A stretch of DNA of 63,876 nt, counting the filler, from Welwitschia mirabilis (Eukaryota): the NCBI GenBank assembly GCA_051453625.1. It is 8 parts of one record of this genome, joined end to end, with 100 filler letters (N's around TTAATTAATTAA, not from the genome) between each part and the next. Parts side by side here need not be neighbours in the genome. Positions count along the whole stretch, not along the records: positions 1 to 19,645 come from JBOZIK010000001.1; positions 19,746 to 22,294 come from JBOZIK010000001.1; positions 22,395 to 25,242 come from JBOZIK010000001.1; positions 25,343 to 27,747 come from JBOZIK010000001.1; 4 more parts are not named here. The stretch is one strand, 5' to 3'. Below the pieces are notes generated by a model that did no database searches, had not been told where the DNA came from, and worked only from the letters and a program-made list of their open reading frames with translations. The position numbers and the translations under genes were made by a program. Of this stretch, positions 11,632-25,600 are shown piece after piece (the first letter of the stretch is position 1; the number at the start of each line of letters is the position of its first letter).

Positions 11632-14600
11632 CATTAGAATTTGTGATATGTATTCTCTAATACTATTTTGAAAGTTGAAGTAAGGATTCTCTAACTCTTG
11701 AATTAGAATTAAATTTTACAAGCTTAAATTATGTTTCATGAATAGCAAAAATAAAAATTCAAGGAAATAAACTTTAACATATTCTAAACTATATTAAATT
11801 AATTACATAACTTAATAACTAATAATGAAAAATTATTATATGTAATATTTTAGATAGTGGTATTTTTAGTAGGTGATTTGAAACAAATTTCTAAGTCTCA
11901 AATTTAAGCCTGTGTAACTTCAAGTATTTCATTACACTTAATTTAACTTCTTGTTTGATTGATTATTAAATGAATTTAATTAATTAGTTGAAATGGTTTT
12001 AATCTTTATATAATATTTAAATAGTGATAACAGTTGCATCTTTTAGATGTGAAATGAAAGAATTATTTTTTACTTCATTAACTAAGTTAACAATCATTAA
12101 ATAAATCATGTTAAATAGCATCTTAAATTTTACCTTGATTCTACACATAGACTCATCTTCGTTGTTCTAGATTCTTTTTATGTGTTCGTATTTATTCTTT
12201 TGTATTCATAATTTTGAAAGCCATTTGATCTTTAGTTTTATTATAGAAATTAGTAGGATAGTAATATTTTAAGAAACTTCTTCACTTCTAGTTTGTAAAT
12301 ATCTTATTTCATTATGGTATCATTTTTCATCACTAATATATTTTTTATTTTATCTTACTTTAATACTGTAGCTTTATTTTATTTAATTTAAACTAATAAA
12401 TATTTTCTTTGGTAACTAGTATTATTTTCTTCATTGGAAGATTACTTTTTATCTTAAGAATTTATTTCATATTTCTTCTTTTATTTTATTAGTAAAAATT
12501 GATGTTTATAAGATATATATGTAAGAAAAAATTACTTTCTTAATATAATAAATCTTTACATAATTAATTTAAGCAGTTGTTTCATTTTAAACTTTGAATA
12601 TAGTTCAATAATAACTTTATCAAAAAGTGATTTAGCGGTAGTGGCTAGTTCAAAAATTTCTTTAGCAAATTCTAGTTTATAGATCACTCATTTTGTAATA
12701 ACTTTACTTGTTATATTATTTGATCTTGATAAATATCATTGAGTTACAAAAAAATATTCTCAATGGTATTTCATGCTTTATTAAGTGTTTTTATTATTTT
12801 ATCTCTCTTTGGAGATCTAATCCTTATATCCTTTAAGCTAAGTGATCTAAGAATTTATTTCATTGAGGAATCCTTTTTTATATTAATTAGCATCTTCTTA
12901 TAGTACATATATCCATTTTGGAAATTTAATTTTTATTTTTCAAAGATCTTAGAAATTTTTTTCTAAAATTATTCTTGTATTTATTTCTTCCTATTAATCT
13001 ATTTTTTGAGTTGTTTATTTTATCACTTTAAGAATGTTGTATATGTTTGTTTTAATTTTTCTTTTACTATGTCTTCTGATTTATTCATCTTATATCCATA
13101 GGTATAATACAAAATAGTCTAAAACTTTTTCATTATTATTATATCTAAAAGTTTATTATTTCATATGGGTTCATTGAAATCTATATCACTAACTCATGAA
13201 TGCAATACCTATAGGACTTCATTATCTTCTTTTTCTATAAAATAATTTATAGGTTTGCTTTATATATTCTTGACAAACTCTTTTGAAATTTCCTAAAGAT
13301 CATATTATAAAATAGTGATACATGTAGTAGTCCTATTTCATGTATTACAACAAAACTTAGACATTGGATTTAAGTTTTTACATAAATTGTACTCTCTTTT
13401 CTTATGCATAGAAGAATGGTTTATATTTAGATGTTTTTAAAATTCTATCTTGATACCTATGACATTTTATTAAGGTTTTATATTCTTATGTAATAGGATT
13501 CATTTTATCTACTTGGCTAGTATGGTAGTTACTTTAGTAAGCTACCTTGGTGAAACAAACTCGTATTTTAAAGGATATTTTAGATACATCAATAATTGAT
13601 GCTAGAAAACCACTAAATGAAACAACATGATTATATTGAAAATTAAAAGTATTATTTTTTATGTGTTTCTTCATTTTTATCTTTTTTTTTCATTGATATG
13701 ATATACAANNNNNNNNNNTAGTAAGGATCAAGGGTAGGCTTTTTAATGAAGAAAATATTTTATCTAATTTGGCATTTGGAATTAGATTCCTCTATATAAG
13801 AAAGTATGAAAGACTATTTTATAGTCAATATGTTTTATTTCTATCTTTTAATGAAGTTCTTTCTAATAAAACTACTATATACTACAAGATCATATGATAA
13901 GATGATACCTTCATATTGTAATGTATTTAATCTTTTGATCTTTAAAGATTAATATGTAGATCTTTACATTCAAATCACATAAGTAAAGTATACTTCTTCT
14001 TTTTAAAATCATGGTAAATCAGGTAAAGTTTCTATCATAAACACAAAGTGGTCATTTCTTTAGGCATGATTCATATTAGAAATACTTTTACTAGATATTT
14101 ATAAAATGAAGAGATGTCCACAAGGGCAATGGTTTATTCAAACTGATAATACATCAATTAGTAAAAAACATTAGGAAAAATGATATCATATATCTTATTC
14201 TTTATAAGGTAACTTAATATCTATCTTTTAAATTCTATTTTAATTATTATTTTCTTAAACCTACCAAGAGTGAGATAAAATATCTTTGCATTACTTTATA
14301 TCTTACACAATATAATTCTCTCTATATACAATAATGATCTCATCTACATAGATGCTTAATTAAAAAACTAAATGGATTTTTGCAAGTTTGTCAAGCATAA
14401 ATGTTTAACAAAATAATCTAGTCCCATCTACTTATATTTTTTTAATATTCATTACTAATGCTAAAACATGATAAAAAATTGGTACGACATGCTTGATAAT
14501 ATTTAAATTATTCAAAATATGAATTTATTCTAATATTTTTTATACATTACTGTAAATTTTAATTAGTTCAAAGTAATTCAAGTTTCTTTATTCAATATTA

Positions 14601-16360
14601 TTATCATGCATCAAGGTTTTCTTACTTTTAATAATAGAAAGGCACATGAAGTGGAGAAAGAAATATAATGGAAAGAAATGTATAAAATAAAATTTTGTGA
14701 ATTTAATAATAAAGAATGATAGAGTACTAGAACTAAACTGATTTAGTAATTGTAGGAAAATGAAGGAGCACATCTCATATTTAGAGTTTAAAAAGAAAAA
14801 AATCTAAAATGTGTATTATCTTTGATTTTTTAATAAAATTATTTTTTAGAATTTAAAGTAATCTTGAATATTTTATTAATTCGCCTTTATTTGATTTGAT
14901 ATGCTTATTTATTAAAAAAATTAACAAAGTATATTACATTAATTTTGAAAGATGTACATTTTAAGTATTCATCCATACCATTTATTAAAGAAAAGATAAT
15001 TGGAATAATGTTATCACTAGTTCATCTAATAAAATTTTACAAAAAAAGAAGGAGAGAAGTAGATATTCATGTTTCATCATAAAAGAAAACATAAAATATT
15101 ATTCTATTTTGGCCTTTACATATAAATATTAGACGGTTGATGTATTTTATCTTTATTAAGTACGAATATCGAGCATCAACTATGTTACTACTTTCTAATT
15201 TCATAGTTTTGAAAACCAACTATCTAATTAATGTTTGTAGAATGTGTCTAACATGCCTACTTCATATATCTTATTAATGTTAGTTTGAGTGATTTATAAT
15301 TCCATAATATAGGATTATAGTTCTTTAGTTTTAATATGAAGTTTATTCTTATTCCTTAATACTCTATAGTATTCCAGTGTTTCATGGGTGGAAAACTCCC
15401 TCTTGATATTTTTGATTTTTATCTCAATGCTTCTAGTTTGATTCTTTAGTTTTATTAACTTGAATTATAGAATACTACTCTTCAATGGGATTATCTTTAG
15501 TGTTTAATGAAATACAAGTTATAAAACACTATAATTATTGATTTCTCTTATGGTCTACTACTTTGACTTTGTAATTTTGATTCCTTAACACTTGATAAAT
15601 GATATCACCTTATTTTTTTCTTAAACATTTTAATTTAGGTGAATTATCATGATCTTGTTTTAAATCATAACTTCTATTATAACATAAAATTAATTATCAT
15701 ATCTAGTTAATGACACAAATGAACTTGTTTTAATTTGTTAATAGTTATAAACATCTATTGCAACATTTAAAGTCTTATTAATAAACCTATTTTATGTTAT
15801 TACTTTAATTTTAGAATAAAACCATTAGCTTTGTTTTAGTTACTATGTTTCAAGATCAAAACTTTAAGCTCTAATACCTTGCTAGAATTTGTAATAGCAA
15901 TTCTTTGATATCATGTTAGGAGTTAAGTAGGAATTATCTAATTTTCAAGTTAATATGAAATTATAAAACCTAGAATTATGCTTTGTTGATATCAAAAGTA
16001 AGATGTAAAGGAATTAAAATTTATTATATTCTAAATTTTAATAGAGTAATCAAATCATTTTATAACTTTATTAAAAATTGTATTATAGGTAATAGCATCT
16101 CATACAAGTGATTTATAAATGACTCATTTATCTAAGTCTTCAACTTAGGCCTGTGTGACTTCAAGTGTTTTTCATAAGTTTTTAAATTATTATTCAATAG
16201 ATTATTAAATGAATTTAATTAATTATTTATAATAAATGCTCTTCATTTTCATATAGTATTTTACCAACAAGAAGTATTACATCTTTTAGAAATAAAACAA
16301 AGCAAGTTGTTTAATGTTTTACTAATCAAGTTAGTAGTTATTAAATAAATTATGTTAACA
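11632..16360 (-). mobile_element. Very old LTR retrotransposon with ~480-bp LTRs, probably Gypsy and internally deleted
   Basis: Diverged direct repeats at 11632-12117 and 15880-16360 (shared gcctgtgt(a/g)acttcaagt and gattattaaatgaatttaattaatta). PBS-like sequence abuts the right repeat. Faint integrase-like remnants (EVL*..MNPYEII ~13150-13220, YKLEF ~12670) on the minus strand. Confidence 0.6.
15868..15879 (-). promoter_or_regulatory. Decayed tRNA-iMet primer-binding site
   Basis: Minus strand aggtattagagc vs consensus tggtatcagagc, directly next to the LTR end at 15880. Confidence 0.6.
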
Positions 16361-17499
16361 TATTATAGGATAAAAGTATAGTGATTATATCACATCATTC
16401 TTGACATTAGAAGTAGTGAAAAGGGCATTTATATCTAAATGCAAATTTTAAAAAGTGGAAGAAGAGTGCATGAATATTTGAAAAATAAAAATAAAAGTGG
16501 TATGGAGGGAAGAAAATAAAATAATACTATTAGTAGTATTTTATAAATGAAAAAGTAAAGAGGATAAGATCAAGTAATAATAATAGAGAAAAATTAGGGA
16601 CAATGAGTACTTTTTAAATACATTTATATTTTTATATGTCCACAAGATTGATAAAATTATGAAATAAATGGTTCTTATATTTTTTAATGATTCAAAAAAT
16701 AAGATCTAAAAAAATGATATAAATTTAATTGTAATTGTTATCAAAATTGTTAGATAAATCTAGAATCAAATAATAAGTGCTACAATATGTTCATATCCTT
16801 ACTAAAGAAATGCAACTTGATGAAAAGATGATGTAATAAAGTTACCATGCATAAATTATTTGAAGTTTATTTAATTAATCTTAAGACATCTAATATTTTG
16901 ATATTTTTATTTTTTTAAGATTTATAATATTATCCATTTATTTTTAGGCTTAAATAGTTTTCTATAGATTACTTAAACATTTATTTTATCATTTTCTAAA
17001 GCACATTATTCTCCTATAATGGTAGATTTGGAAAGAAATGATCATATTATTTTTTATAATTTCCATATTTCTTTCTTATTACAAGAATGTGGCTGAAAGT
17101 TCTCATCATGTAGATCTTTATAGAATCTAATCCATGTAGTATTTTAGTTTACGTAACATCCACAAGCTAACTGTACTAGCATGCATTTACAACATGGATC
17201 TACAGCTTTCAACTCACACAGATCATGGTCTAGATAATATTCTGAATTTATACAATGGATTGTTTTATGATATTTTCTATCCAATAAATTAAAAATAATA
17301 AATTACATCATATGAGATATTTTTAATGTGATTAAAAAACAAGATGCTATGTAAAATTACATAGAGATGATACATGATTTTATTAGAATAATTTTTCTGA
17401 CACTACTTAAAAAATATTTTTCTACTTTTGAATTATTAAATTTATTTTATTTATTACCTTTATCAATATTTTGTTTTTGTTCTCAAGCATTAAGTTGAA

Positions 17500-18700
17500 A
17501 GTGAACTTATGATGCACCATAAATAAGTAAGAATTCTATTTTGGAATACAGAGTTAGTATTGATAAACTGTATCTTTGACTTATTCTAATTAATTTTAAA
17601 TCTAGAAAACAAATTGAAAATTTCAATAGTGATTTTTACCTTAGATGTTGGATTAACATAAGATTAAAGAAGTAATAGTTTATAATTTGAAAATCATAAT
17701 ATATAGTATAACAACATACATACTTAGCCTTCAATTTTAAGTTCTAATAGCAAATGTAGAAGGGCATCCATAATAACGGCAAAGAGGAGAGGTAAAGAAG
17801 GATCTACTTTTCTTAGTCAAGCTTGAAACTAGAAGTATTCATGAAAATATCTATTAATAATAATGAAAAATGATTGCTTTAATTATAAATGTAATAAAAT
17901 TAATTAGATATTTATTAAATTATCTCTCTATAAGATATAATATAATAGTCGCACAATGAATTGGACAAAATGATTTTACTATATCAAATATTAAATACAT
18001 GATTTATTTCTTATTTTTATAGTTTGGATTATTACTCTTATTTTTAGTATGATGTTATCATGAATTAATCTATTACGAATGAGTTATAAATAAATTTTAT
18101 TAATGATATCTACTAGAATTAAAGCTAAATGAGTTACCTAAGCCTTGAATAATGGTTGTGTAAAACATCATAAGAACTAATGGTCTAATGCTTAGAGATA
18201 TTCATGATGTTAATTTTCTTGAGAATNNNNNNNNNNNNNNNNNNNNNNNNNNNNNNNNNNNNNNNNNNNNNNNNNNNNNNNNNNNNNNNNNNNNNNNNNN
18301 NNNNNNNNNNNNNNNNNNNNNNNNNNNNNNNNNNNNNNNNNNNNNNNNNNNNNNNNNNNNNNNNNNNNNNNNTTGATGCTAATGCTTATAATTTTTTTTC
18401 CTTTATGACTTTATCATTAAATAAGTATTTATCTTCATTCGATAAAGGTGTGCCATTGAGAATATCATATATTATAACTCATGATGGTATAATATATTTT
18501 AAAGATATTCCTAAAATTTTATCATAAGTTTTAAGGTAGGTAGTTGGCGTGTTGCTAATGTAATATCCAAAGATGCATTGTCATCTCACTATTAATCGTA
18601 AGATTCCTAATTTAAATTGTGTTTATGATGATGAATGTATCATCTAGAAGAATAATTTTATATTCTTATTTTCTTAGAAAGACATTAAATGAGAGATTTT
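17500..18700 (-). pseudogene. Extremely degenerate Gypsy-like protease/RT remnant
   Basis: Minus-strand fragments SLDITLA (~18560), DKILG (~18520), WMPF (~17765), YIMIF (~17700) and NKSKIQF (~17575) occur in the expected order, but each match is weak. Confidence 0.3.
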
Positions 18701-19645
18701 TAATTCTAATATATTTCTTCTTTTTGTTCCAGGTTATGCAATTTAGTAAGATGTTTTTTATAAATTAGTAAAAGTACCTTTTTCTTTATTCTTCCTTTGA
18801 GATTTTGTCTAATCCATCAATAACTTCCTTTTTTAAAGTTTATGTCACAACCTATTCCTTCAAAGTTTAAGGTCCTCTTGTAGGATTTTTAGCTTTTAAA
18901 TAAATATGAATGATGATATATAATTTATTGAGTATTTATTAATTTTACAAAGGTATTGAATTTGAACTACCTATAAAAGAAAGCTTATATTATAACATCT
19001 AAATACAAAAAAAGGTTTCTTTAAGTTTTATAAAAAGAGAATGGGAAATAGAGTGAAATTTATGAAATCTTTTCATGATAAATGAATTAGATAAGCCAGA
19101 GGTAACTATGCATCCATCAACATGTAAAAATATGTTTTAAGTTATCTATGGAGATTAAACCAAGTGTATGAAGATTCAAAAAGGAAAATACAAATAATAT
19201 AAATAAACTATAGAAATTTAAAAAACTTATTATACTTTGTAACTACACACTTACATTCCATCTAATTTTTCATAATATTCTAAGGTTTGATTAAACCATT
19301 TTATAAGAAATTGATTTTCTAATAAATCTATAAGACTGTCATAAAAATTGTTTTAGATTATTATTGGTATAATGTGGTCCCATGTAAATACATATTATGT
19401 TTTGTATCATGATCATTTCTTAATGTTGTTTTCTATAGAGTTATAAGAATAGTAAACTTTATGCTAAGAGAGATATTAATCTGTCTTATAAATTGATTAT
19501 ATTTCACATGAATTAGAAAAGAGGTACAACTTCAAATCCCATATATAAAATACTTGATTAATGTAATGAAATTGGCTAAAGACTAATGCCTCTTGAAGAG
19601 AAGAATGAAATGCTAGAGAATTTATGCTAAATCTTCTTACTTGAT

Positions 19646-19745
19646 NNNNNNNNNNNNNNNNNNNNNNNNNNNNNNNNNNNNNNNNNNNNTTAATTAATTA
19701 ANNNNNNNNNNNNNNNNNNNNNNNNNNNNNNNNNNNNNNNNNNNN
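19646..19745. other. Artificial 100-bp scaffold spacer N44-TTAATTAATTAA-N44 (linkers also at 22339, 25287, 27792, 48777, 58824, 62215)
   Basis: An identical palindromic 12-mer giving stops in all six frames is centred in a 100-bp N gap seven times. Confidence 0.95.
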
Positions 19746-22700
19746 ACCTTTTTGAAAAAGTTTGCAAGAAAATCTCAAATACTCTAAGCTATGAAAAGAC
19801 CTAATAAGAAGAAAACGAAAATGAACTATCCCTAGTAAAGTCTTTCTAGCTTAATCTATTAGCAACTTAGTTTCCAAGAAGTGTCCAAAATTTAAATATC
19901 CAAAGGAAGCAACTATTCGTATTACTTTAGAGGGCAGAAACTATTAGTATTACTTTAGAGGGGAACCGAAGAATTAAGAAAGCCTTAATAGATATAGGAG
20001 CTAGTATTAATATCATGCCCTTGCACATAATGTTTAAAATTGGAAGAACGAATAGAACCTACATAAATTATCTTTGAGTTAGCTGATTCATCTATCAAGA
20101 GACCTTTAGGTGTGATAAAGAACTTGGTCATTTTAGATCAAGGAAGCTTTTTACCCTATAGATGTAGTTGTTTTAAAAGTTGAGCATCAAAATGTATATC
20201 CCCTACTTCTAGATAGAGCTTTCTATGCAACCTCCCATTGCATCATAGATACTAGAACTGGATTAATAAAATGTCACTTTGAAAACAAACAATTTTCAAT
20301 ATAAGTCTTTGATGCAGCTGAAAAAGAATTAAGAAATAATTTAGGATTGGAGGATGATATAAAACCTAGCCTGTCTTTACAAAATTATTCAAACCTAAAG
20401 CAAATTATAAAAGTACAAATCATAAAAATTATGGGTNNNNNNNNNNNNNNNNNNNNNNNNNNNNNNNNNNNNNNNNNNNNNNNNNNNNNNNNNNNNNNNN
20501 NNNNNNNNNNNNNNNNNNNNNNNNNNNNNNNNNNNNNNNNNNNNNNNNNNNNNNNNNNNNNNNNNNNNNNNNNNNNNNNNNNNNNNNNNNNNNNNNNNNN
20601 NNNNNNNNNNNNNNNNNNNNNNNNNNNNNNNNNNNNNNNNNNNNNNNNNNNNNNNNNNNNNNNNNNNNNNNNNNNNNNNNNNNNNNNNNNNNNNNNNNNN
20701 NNNNNNNNNNNNNNNNNNNNNNNNNNNNNNNNNNNNNNNNNNNNNNNNNNNNNNNNNNNNNNNNNNNNNNNNNNNNNNNNNNNNNNNNNNNNNNNNNNNN
20801 NNNNNNNNNNNNNNNNNNNNNNNNNNNNNNNNNNNNNNNNNNNNNNNNNNNNNNNNNNNNNNNNNNNNNNNNNNNNNNNNNNNNNNNNNNNNNNNNNNNN
20901 NNNNNNNNNNNNNNNNNNNNNNNNNNNNNNNNNNNNNNNNNNNNNNNNNNNNNNNNNNNNNNNNNNNNNNNNNNNNNNNNNNNNNNNNNNNNNNNNNNNN
21001 NNNNNNNNNNNNNNNNNNNNNNNNNNNNNNNNNNNNNNNNNNNNNNNNNNNNNNNNNNNNNNNNNNNNNNNNNNNNNNNNNNNNNNNNNNNNNNNNNNNN
21101 NNNNNNNNNNNNNNNNNNNNNNNNNNNNNNNNNNNNNNNNNNNNNNNNNNNNNNNNNNNNNNNNNNNNNNNNNNNNNNNNNNNNNNNNNNNNNNNNNNNN
21201 NNNNNNNNNNNNNNNNNNNNNNNNNNNNNNNNNNNNNNNNNNNNNNNNNNNNNNNNNNNNNNNNNNNNNNNNNNNNNNNNNNNNNNNNNNNNNNNNNNNN
21301 NNNNNNNNNNNNNNNNNNNNNNNNNNNNNNNNNNNNNNNNACATTTTCTCTTTTTTCTTAGGACTTTACTCGTTTAGTAGTTTTCATTCTAGTCATTTTT
21401 GCATTTTTCTTTTTTCGTTAGTTTAGGCAATTTGGGATGCATTGCATATTTTAAGTGGGGAGCAAGATACACATATATTTTCAATAATTTTAATACAATT
21501 TTTTGATTATGATAAATTATTATTGCAAATCCTCTTTGATTTTTACATGATTATATTTAACTGTTTATTACAGAAGAAGCTGTTTATCAAAATTATATAA
21601 TTAATAAAAAATCTGATTTCTATCACAGGTTCTAGACCTTGAAAATCTTTTGAGGAGCTAGTCGTCCCCATTATTGTCTGGACTATAGATTGGACAACAA
21701 ACTTCTAATTCTTACCAGGTATTTTATTTAGGTTTTGAATTTTCAAAAATTTAGTTCATTACTGATATATATATTCCAGATACTCTCCTNNNNNNNNNNN
21801 NNNNNNNNNNNNNNNNNNNNNNNNNNNNNNNNNNNNNNNNNNNNNNNNNNNNNNNNNNNNNNNNNNNNNNNNNNNNNNNNNNNNNNNNNNNNNNNNNNNN
21901 NNNNNNNNNNNNNNNNNNNNNNNNNNNNNNNNNNNNNNNNNNNNNNNNNNNNNNNNNNNNNNNGACAATCGAGAATCAAGGAGCATAAGACGAAAACATG
22001 AAAACTTTAAATAAAATACGAGCATTTCATGCAGATATAGACAAACACTATTTTGGATTATGATTCTTGTAGATGACAAAGCAGTTGCACTGACAGAAGA
22101 TTAAGAAAATCCTATCATCTCTACCATCGTCTAGATGACATTCAGGATGACAACCTCAATAAAGTAATAAAAAAAGACCACATATAGATAACTTGTAGTT
22201 GAACTAAGTTCTATCTACCAGACATCATCGTCCACCACATCGTCTAGACATCATAAGCGGATGGCATCTCAAAAACTAGTTAACAATAGTTCACNNNNNN
22301 NNNNNNNNNNNNNNNNNNNNNNNNNNNNNNNNNNNNNNTTAATTAATTAANNNNNNNNNNNNNNNNNNNNNNNNNNNNNNNNNNNNNNNNNNNNTTATTA
22401 AGGTAGTTACATTGTATTTTATTTCATGTTTTATAATATCATATTACATGTTTTTCATATTCTATTTAATGTATTTAATAGCTTAGGTTGATTATAACTT
22501 AGTGACAGTTTTCCTTTACTAATTTAGATTATACGAGATCAATTTCTCTGATAGGTTGACTTTGTAGTTAGATAGATATTTCACTTAGAGTACTTTGCAT
22601 TCAAGAATTTGAATCTTGCATTATTTTTTACATTGTTATTTATTTTCATCTACTTAAAGAAATACAAAAATATTCTTTTAAAATTAATNNNNNNNNNNNN

Positions 22701-22834
22701 NNNNNNNNNNNTTCGATGGATTATGACATTTAGATTAACTCCCATCCATAATAGTGTGTGTGCTTTATAAAATATTTTTGATTAATGGAATTTGATAAAA
22801 GACATAAATAATTTCACAAATATGCACTACAATA
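19746..22834 (+). mobile_element. Gapped Athila fragments (protease, 3' region, LTR end)
   Basis: Athila protease at ~19960-20320. LTR 3' end ggattatgacattt...cacaaatatgcactacaata at 22718-22834 matches 3245-3369. Gaps and a linker mean the pieces may not be one element. Confidence 0.6.
19960..20320 (+). pseudogene. Athila aspartic protease relic
   Basis: KALIDIGASINIMPL...FELADSSIKRPLGVIKNL...PIDVVVL...PLLLDRAFYAT..IIDT matches Athila ALxDLGASINLMP..LQLADRS..P.DFVVL..PIILGRPFLAT. Confidence 0.85.
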
Positions 22835-23713
22835 ATATACTAATTAATTATTTATAGAAAATCTAAGTTACTAATTCAAATTATTATTAGAAAAAAATTA
22901 AATCAATTTAAGAAGAATCATTTACTATGAGTGTTAGGATTTCAATGAAAGAGTACTAGCCTAAGGAGATTTTTTGAGAATTATACTTTACCCTTAATAA
23001 GATGGACCTAATACATATAAGACAAAAATATAATATTAAAATAAACATGGGTATCTACATTTTCTTTTGTTTTTTATAGTGAACCTCTTAGTTACTTAGA
23101 CATAATCATCCATTAGTAACCTCTACTACTAAGTATAAGAAATCACTCATATCTTCCTAGCATTTTGGTGAGAGCCAATGGAAGAAAATAATATTTTATA
23201 ACATAATCATATAAAAATCATAAATAATTCTAAATGTAATATAACATCATTCCACTATAAACTTAAAAAGGGGTCATATGGATAATAGGATAAAGAGCCT
23301 ACTTGGGAAGATGAGTAAGTCCTTGTTAGTTGATAATTGATAAAGATTTAAGCTTAAGAGTTCTTTAGAACCAAGCTTCTAAGCTTTAAGCTTCACAAGT
23401 AAGAGAGTGAAGGAAAGAAAGAGGAAAGAAGGAAGCACTCATATTATTTAAAAAAAAAAAAAGACTGAAACGTATCTCCTTTTACAAAGAGAAAATGATC
23501 TCCATATAGATAAACAAAGGCACATAGCTTAAGATCATATGATTTAGCATTAATAAGTGGGATGATTAATAAGTGATATTAGAGTATAGAAAGAGATCAT
23601 ATGACTTATGCACTTAACTAGAGTGAGTAGTCTTGTTTTTTTAATTAGCGAGATTGATTACATGTAACATTTCCTCATGCTAGCTTCATTTTAATTCTCC
23701 ATAGGTTCATAAG
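22835..23713 (-). repeat. Fragment of a Tekay-like LTR sandwiched between two Athila LTR termini
   Basis: Diverged direct repeat of ~33430-34335 (e.g. aagcttctaagctt, gagtactagcctaa, aaaggcacatagct). Confidence 0.65.
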
Positions 23714-25600
23714 TGTTGCAATGTCAATTTGTAGGAATTTGATGATGTATTTTGAGTACTTTTACAAGACATTCATATAAGTTTTGATGTAATACTAATA
23801 ACTATGAAGACCTGATAGGATGATTTGTAAAACATGTGATCTTTAGTACTTTTTACAGTTTCTCAAGATTATTTTGATATTGCCTATTTGGAAGAAGGAC
23901 TTTATAATGCAAAAGACTAACTTATCTTAAAAAGTGAAGAAAAGGAGGACTGTCATCCACATTGTCATCCCCATAACATAGAGGACAACCTCATTGCTAA
24001 TGTGGATAGAGGCTACAGTGCTAACAGCAGTACATGGAGCACATGGAGCACATGAAGACATGTGGCAAGGCATCGTCCCCTTAGTCATCTAGATGATAGA
24101 TAGGATAATACATCAGTAACATGGGTAGATAACCCATGGGGCTAATGGTATCATATNNNNNNNNNNNNNNNNNNNNNNNNNNNNNNNNNNNNNNNNNNNN
24201 NNNNNNNNNNNNNNNNNNNNNNNNNNNNNNNNNNNNNNNNNNNNNNNNNNNNNNNNNNNNNNNNNNNNNNNNNNNNNNNNNNNNNNNNNNNNNNNNNNNN
24301 NNNNNNNNNNNNNNNNNNNNNNNNNNNNNNNNNNNNNNNNNNNNNNNNNNNNNNNNNNNNNNNNNNNNNNNNNNNNNNNNNNNNNNNNNNNNNNNNNNNN
24401 NNNNNNNNNNNNNNNNNNNNNNNNNNNNNNNNNNNNNNNNNNNNNNNNNNNNNNNNNNNNNNNNNNNNNNNNNNNNNNNNNNNNNNNNNNNNNNNNNNNN
24501 NNNNNNNNNNNNNNNNNNNNNNNNNNNNNNNNNNNNNNNNNNNNNNNNNNNNNNNNNNNNNNNNNNNNNNNNNNNNNNNNNNNNNNNNNNNNNNNNNNNN
24601 NNNNNNNNNNNNNNNNNNNNNNNNNNNNNNNNNNNNNNNNNNNNNNNNNNNNNNNNNNNNNNNNNNNNNNNNNNNNNNNNNNNNNNNNNNNNNNNNNNNN
24701 NNNNNNNNNNNNNNNNATGGAGCACATGAAGACATGTGGTAAGGCATCGTCCCCTTAGTCATCTAGATGATAGGTAGGATGACGACGTCAGTAACATGGG
24801 TAGATAACCCATGGGGCTAATGGTATCATATGGTATACATGGAGGTAGGTGATACATGGCATTGTCCCCATGGTCATTCCCACGACAAATGGAATGATAA
24901 CTATTTTTACATGTTTATAATAAATATCATTGCAAATGGGGTCAAACCACCCATGTGGGTTGTTAGGGCTTCTGTTTTCCACCTTTAGGGTTTTGCCTCT
25001 AATTCCTTAAGTGAAAAAATATAAATGCCCTTCTCCTCCTTTATTTTCACTCCATATTATATGTCCAATACTTGTGATGAAGGATTAAAGGGCAAGAGGT
25101 CCATCCAGTGCTACAGAAAGCAGTCTTCTTGGTGTTAGGTTGTGTCTCTTCCATTAAAGTGTTATTGTTCTAATTATAATTGGATGCATATTTTGAATAC
25201 TCTTTAAGTTAATACAATTTCTTCTTTCTATTTCAATTTGTANNNNNNNNNNNNNNNNNNNNNNNNNNNNNNNNNNNNNNNNNNNNTTAATTAATTAANN
25301 NNNNNNNNNNNNNNNNNNNNNNNNNNNNNNNNNNNNNNNNNNATGAAATTCCAACCTGATATTTGACCATTCTTTAGATGTGAGTTAGTTCTACTTTAGG
25401 TTTTAAGCTATGAAAACATGACTAGGCTCAACTTCATAGGCTTTAATTCACTTTGATATACCTCTAATATAGTTCATAGGTAATACATGAGATGGATATA
25501 CGGTTAGAAATAATTGTTGCTTCCTTGAAGCATCTTTAGATGGTGTGACATGATTAATCAATGCCAAGGGCTTAAGATATTAAGTTATAGTAGGTTCATN
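23714..25600 (+). repeat. Athila LTR (5' portion, gapped)
   Basis: Starts TGTTGCAATGTC and aligns closely with 31314-32680. TATA-like tataaatgccc at ~25020. No PPT upstream, so it is a 5' or solo LTR. Confidence 0.8.

Noticed and set aside
17500..19200. Endogenous caulimovirid (pararetrovirus) fragment
   Set aside because: The DKILG and WMPF-like traces are not diagnostic, and no movement or coat protein motifs were seen. A decayed Gypsy is the simpler explanation.
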